From positions 1 to 36,873 of the forward strand of contig JBAVBF010000154.1 of NCBI GenBank assembly GCA_049586115.1: 36,873 bases of DNA, written 5' to 3'. Positions 33,160 to 36,873 of this stretch are shown here, piece by piece. Below the pieces are notes generated by a model. The model did no database searches. It saw nothing but the letters and a program-made list of their open reading frames with translations, and had not been told where the DNA came from. Source of the stretch: Thermoanaerobaculia bacterium. GTDB lineage: Bacteria; Acidobacteriota; Thermoanaerobaculia; Gp7-AA8. The translations under genes were made by a program, and so were the position numbers. Position 1 is the stretch's first letter, and each line of letters begins with the position of its first letter.

Positions 33160-34475
33160 GCACCGAATCCGCAATCGCACTCTCTGCACTCGCCGACGTG
33201 CTTCCGCCGTGTGATGCGATGAACCTCGGCTATGCGATGAAGGTCGACGGTGCGTTCTCGGCGGAGGATATGCACCGGGCTCTCGGCGCGGTGTTGCGCG
33301 CCGATCCCCTGCTCGACCGACCGTGGCAATGGCAGGCTGGGGGGGTGGAATCGGAGTCGTTTGCAACGCTCGCGGCGCAGCACTTGGCCGCGCCTCTCTC
33401 TCGCGAGTTTCCGACCCGGGCCGCGCTCTGGTCGAGCAGCGCGACGCATCACCTCTTTCTGTTCGCCGTCCACCACGCTTTCGCCGACGGCGTGGTCCTC
33501 GGGCGGCTGGCAAACGATCTATCGCGGACACTCGTGAGGAACACGATCGAGCCGGTCACCGTCGCGAGCGGACGTGCGCTTCGGCCGGCAGACTTCTCCG
33601 CCACGCTGGACCATCTCGTCTCGGCGAGGCCGAGCGTACGTGCGAGTTGCCGCAACATGACGCTCCCCGCCGATCTCACCGAGCGCTTCCGGAGGATGAT
33701 GCGGAGCTGGCGCACGACGCCATTCGCGGGCGCGGTCGCATGCGTCGCTGCCGCAGTCGCGGCGGTCACGGAACGCACTCAAGTCACGATAGGAATCCAG
33801 ATGGCGGCCCGCAAATCCGTTCAATCGCTCCGCGCTGCCGGGCCATGGTACGACCACGCAAGCCTGCAGGTCGACGTCGAGCCTTTCGAGCCGTTGCGAG
33901 CGATCCTCTTGGAGGTCAGCGAGCGGGTCGTGGGGACGCTCGCCACCGCCGGGGTGTGGGAGTCCGGGCGCAGCGAGGAGGCGCTGCCGGACGTGCTCGT
34001 CGCATTCGATGAACATCCGCTCGCCGCGCTGAGTATCGAGGGCTGCCGAGTAACGCCGGTCGGGGTCGACCGTCATCCGCGACGTGCCGACGGGACGCGC
34101 GAGTACCTTGTGGCGACAGAGGCTGACATCGTCGTGGTATTTCGTGACGATGCTGGAGCGATCGGCATATCCGTGTTCACGAAAACGGCCTGCATCGCCA
34201 GCGGCACGACGCAGTTGTTACTCGACGCCATTGCCGGCGCGGTCCGGGCGATGTGCTATGAAGGCGAACGGCCGCTAGATCCGTTTGAGCTCACGGATGG
34301 CAACAGCGGTGACGCGACAGTAGTCTGGCCGCAGCCACAGCTGTTGCACGAACCGCTGGTCGATGCAGTGTCGCCTGTCTTTCATGTCCGCCGCGACACG
34401 CTTGACGCGTTCGCTAATGACGCACGACAGACGCTCGCCTCCTGGGGGAAACCACCATGGCTCGCCGCGAAGTGA
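33156..34475 (+). CDS. stand-alone condensation (C) domain protein
   Basis: HHxxxDG motif in FAVHHAFADGVVLG. 439 aa. GTGA overlap with the NRPS gene. Confidence 0.8.
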   Translation: MSTESAIALSALADVLPPCDAMNLGYAMKVDGAFSAEDMHRALGAVLRADPLLDRPWQWQAGGVESESFATLAAQHLAAPLSREFPTRAALWSSSATHHLFLFAVHHAFADGVVLGRLANDLSRTLVRNTIEPVTVASGRALRPADFSATLDHLVSARPSVRASCRNMTLPADLTERFRRMMRSWRTTPFAGAVACVAAAVAAVTERTQVTIGIQMAARKSVQSLRAAGPWYDHASLQVDVEPFEPLRAILLEVSERVVGTLATAGVWESGRSEEALPDVLVAFDEHPLAALSIEGCRVTPVGVDRHPRRADGTREYLVATEADIVVVFRDDAGAIGISVFTKTACIASGTTQLLLDAIAGAVRAMCYEGERPLDPFELTDGNSGDATVVWPQPQLLHEPLVDAVSPVFHVRRDTLDAFANDARQTLASWGKPPWLAAK

Positions 34476-35338
34476 CAAGCGCGCTGTTCCTGCCGACGGC
34501 CAACGACGTTGCGCACTACGAATCGCACGGTTGGTGGATCTCGCCGCCCGTACTCGACGACGAAGCACTCGACGAGTTGAGGTTCGGCATCGACCGCTAC
34601 TACTCTGGAGAACGTGACTGGCGCCTGCCGATCGCGACGGTCTCCGACTGGACGCCTGCCGATGGCGATATCGTGCGTCAGAACGATTTCGCCTCCCTTC
34701 AGGTGCAAGAGCTTCGCGCGTTCCTGCGGCGACCACAGATCGCCATGATCGCGGCCCGTCTCGCGCGGACGCACTCGATCCGCCTCTTCCACGATCAGAT
34801 CATCTATAAGCCACCGCATCGGCCGCTGCACGATACTGGCATCGGCTGGCATACGGACCGCGCCTACTGGAGAACCTGCACGTCGATGCGGATGCTCACG
34901 GCGTGGATCCCCTTATATGATGTCGACGAGTCGCTCGGCACGATGATCGTCATCGACGGCAGTCACTGCTGGCCGGACGTCGAGCGGCTGCGCCGCTTCC
35001 ACGAGCGAGACGTCGATGCCGTCCGACGCGAGGTCGAATCTTCAAGGGAATGGGTTGAGGTGCCGTACCGGATGCGTGCCGGTCAGGTAGCGTTCCACCA
35101 TTGCATGACCATACACGGCAGCCGCGAAAACGCGTCGGACGTGCCGCGCATCGCGTGGACGGTACACTTACAGGACGAGACGAACGCGTGGCAGCCGGCA
35201 CAAAACCCGGATGGCACGACGACACCGCACACGAACGACCTGCTTTGCCGCTCGACGCACGGGGGAATACCGGATTACAAGGACCCGGAGGTATGTCCGG
35301 AGCTATGGCGGGACGATGACCAAGAATCTGACATTTGA
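34457..35338 (+). CDS. PhyH family Fe(II)/2OG dioxygenase, copy 2 (paralogue of 29222-30061)
   Basis: GWHTDRAYW, TAWIPLYD, VIDGSHCW, FHHCMTIHGSREN. The N-terminal block YYSGERDWRLP parallels YYLGERDHVLP in copy 1. Confidence 0.85.
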   Translation: MARREVTSALFLPTANDVAHYESHGWWISPPVLDDEALDELRFGIDRYYSGERDWRLPIATVSDWTPADGDIVRQNDFASLQVQELRAFLRRPQIAMIAARLARTHSIRLFHDQIIYKPPHRPLHDTGIGWHTDRAYWRTCTSMRMLTAWIPLYDVDESLGTMIVIDGSHCWPDVERLRRFHERDVDAVRREVESSREWVEVPYRMRAGQVAFHHCMTIHGSRENASDVPRIAWTVHLQDETNAWQPAQNPDGTTTPHTNDLLCRSTHGGIPDYKDPEVCPELWRDDDQESDI

Positions 35339-35606
35339 AGCTGCGGAATTGGCGCTTTACTCTGGAGTTGTCGATGTGCTGCAGATCGACGCCGCACGTC
35401 CGAAGGACAATTTCATCGAGCTTGGCGGTAATTCGCTGCTCGCCACTATCCTCGCCAACCGCATCGAGGACGAGTATCGCGTCCGCCTGGACGTGAGGGA
35501 TATCTTCAGTCTGGATCTCGATCAGCTTGCGTGGCTCTTCCACGCAGCCGTATCGAACGGTACATCGACATGTTCGTCTATGCGCGGTGATTTTGCGGGT
35601 GATTGA
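35316..35606 (+). CDS. stand-alone peptidyl carrier protein (PCP)
   Basis: MTKNLTFEAAELALYSGVVDVLQIDAARPKDNFIELGGNSLLATILANRIEDEY, with the GGxS phosphopantetheine site. The ATG at 35316 overlaps the 3' end of PhyH-2. Confidence 0.8.
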   Translation: MTKNLTFEAAELALYSGVVDVLQIDAARPKDNFIELGGNSLLATILANRIEDEYRVRLDVRDIFSLDLDQLAWLFHAAVSNGTSTCSSMRGDFAGD

Positions 35607-35663
35607 ATTGACTGCATTTTGGTGTCATTATCTTCGCTTCCAATAATCAACATAGAAGGCAAC

Positions 35664-36873
35664 TTGAACGGTATTCGCAGAGTTTTACCGCGATCCGCCG
35701 CGGCAGAGGGAGTCAACCCGGCGCCCGCGGCAAAGCTGTGCTGGACTGCAACGCAGGAGCGGCTGCTGCGCGAGCGCGCGGAGGGCTTCGGCGTGGTCCC
35801 CCTCGTCGCGGCGATGGAACTCGACGGCGTCGTCGATACGGACCGCCTCGATCGTGCGTGGCAGGAGCTTCAGCGGCGACACGCGTTTCTGCGCTCCCGA
35901 GTCGGAGCGGAAGGCCCGCTTCTCTCAGATGACGTCCGGCCGCTGCTCCGGGCGAACATTCCGGGAAGCAGTCCGGCGTTCGCCAAGGATGTAGCACAGA
36001 TCCTCGCCGCAGCCGCGCGACCCCGCGACCTCGGGATGGAAGCGCCGGCAGAAGCGGTCCTGATCCGTACAGGCCCCGAGGCATATCTGTTGATCTGCGT
36101 GATCGACCACTTGGTGAGCGATGGCTGGTCATTCGGAATCGTCGCGCGCGAGTGGTGCGCGCTGTACACGACGCCACGCTCTGCACCCGTACTCGACCCG
36201 AGCGCGATTGTGGCGAGCTACAGGGATCCCCATCGCATATGCACTCATCGTGATTTAATCGCTGACCTCGTCTCGGAGTTCCAAGACGCGCGCGGCGTGG
36301 AACTCCAGGAGTCGTTCGGCGGATGGGCGATTCAGGGAATCGACCTGCCACTCAGCATCGCGCGAGACCTTCGCGCGCGCGCGGCGCGCGAACGCACTAC
36401 ACAATTCGCGCTTGGGCTCGCAGCGCTCGGCAGAGCGTTGTCGATCGAGCACGACGCGAAGGACCTCATCGTATCAACACACGTGGCGAACCGCTCCGTG
36501 CCGCGCAGCGAACAGATCGTCTGTGCCACGTATAACACCGTGCCGATTCATATCGCACCGCGGGGCGATGATCTCGATGCGTGGGTCGCGGCGTCGAAGT
36601 CTGCCGCAGTGCGTGCGCTGCGACGTCAGTCGCTGCCATTCTCGATGGCGCGTCAGGCACTGGCGGAGATCCTGCCGCCCGGCATGCTGCTGCGCGTCAT
36701 GATCGACTTCGACGCGCATCCGTTCCTCGCATTCGTGATCCCTGGCATCGAAATCCACGAGGCTTTCACTTGGAGCCGGAAGCGCATCGCCGAAAGCGTT
36801 TACGCGCCTACGTACGCGACCTCATCGGTTCCGTGGCCTGCGGCGATCACGCTGTCATTCCGCGAAACATGGG
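35664..36873 (+). CDS. second stand-alone condensation-domain protein, partial (runs off the right edge); start uncertain (TTG 35664, GTG 35622 or TTG 35619)
   Basis: Open frame with no stop from 35607 to the window end, so it is missing from the ORF track. Reads ...KLCWTATQERLLRERAEGFGVVPLVAAMELDGVVDTDRLDRAWQELQRRHAFLRSRV...LLICVIDHLVSDGWSFGIV. This is a DHxxxDG variant of HHxxxDG. Confidence 0.75.
   Translation, partial: MNGIRRVLPRSAAAEGVNPAPAAKLCWTATQERLLRERAEGFGVVPLVAAMELDGVVDTDRLDRAWQELQRRHAFLRSRVGAEGPLLSDDVRPLLRANIPGSSPAFAKDVAQILAAAARPRDLGMEAPAEAVLIRTGPEAYLLICVIDHLVSDGWSFGIVAREWCALYTTPRSAPVLDPSAIVASYRDPHRICTHRDLIADLVSEFQDARGVELQESFGGWAIQGIDLPLSIARDLRARAARERTTQFALGLAALGRALSIEHDAKDLIVSTHVANRSVPRSEQIVCATYNTVPIHIAPRGDDLDAWVAASKSAAVRALRRQSLPFSMARQALAEILPPGMLLRVMIDFDAHPFLAFVIPGIEIHEAFTWSRKRIAESVYAPTYATSSVPWPAAITLSFRETW

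Noticed and set aside
32308-33531. 407-aa minus-strand ORF opposite the NRPS and C-domain genes (and the similar 32715-33476)
   Set aside because: Antisense shadow ORFs with no motifs. The + strand has PCP, FkbM and HHxxxDG signatures.

Overview
GC-rich bacterial chromosomal window. A diderm host is implied by the LolD-like, MacA/MacB-like, CvaA-like and PilT genes. An Acidobacteriota-like origin is only a guess, based on the GTCATCCTGAGC-type palindromic repeat and gene content. All calls come from reading motifs by eye; no database search was possible.

The window has three blocks.

(1) 1-7.8 kb: housekeeping-looking + strand genes. These are an M16 peptidase pair, an FHA-GAF-nucleotidyl cyclase, a LolD-like ATPase and ClpC.

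(2) ~7.8-17.1 kb: an integrase-bearing accessory island that begins inside a truncated PIN-like gene. It carries:
- a translationally coupled operon of a RuvB-like AAA+ ATPase, an AAA_5/MoxR-like ATPase and an HExxH-metallopeptidase+VWA protein;
- a tyrosine integrase;
- two diverged ~266-bp direct repeats bracketing a visibly lower-GC, possibly nuclease-like ORF;
- a tightly overlapped 7-gene operon (HTH protein, Cys-rich protein, two S24/LexA-fold proteins without DNA-binding domains, three unknowns).
Two island genes carry apparent frameshifts.

(3) 17.2-36.9 kb: pilT, then a class II lanthipeptide cluster. The cluster has a mersacidin-type double-glycine precursor with an unusually long 65-aa, 8-Cys core, plus LanM, LanT, a MacA/MacB-like pair with no ATPase, a 161-aa mini CvaA/HlyD, a truncated cyclophilin-like protein and a small 2OG oxygenase. 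Its minus-strand gene array diverges, from one ~400-bp spacer, from a plus-strand dissociated NRPS array: PhyH dioxygenase, truncated-C/A/PCP/FkbM-methyltransferase protein, free C domain, second PhyH, free PCP, and a second free C domain that runs off the window.

The best candidates for new biology are the lanthipeptide/NRPS/dioxygenase juxtaposition and the AAA+/AAA+/VWA-peptidase island module.
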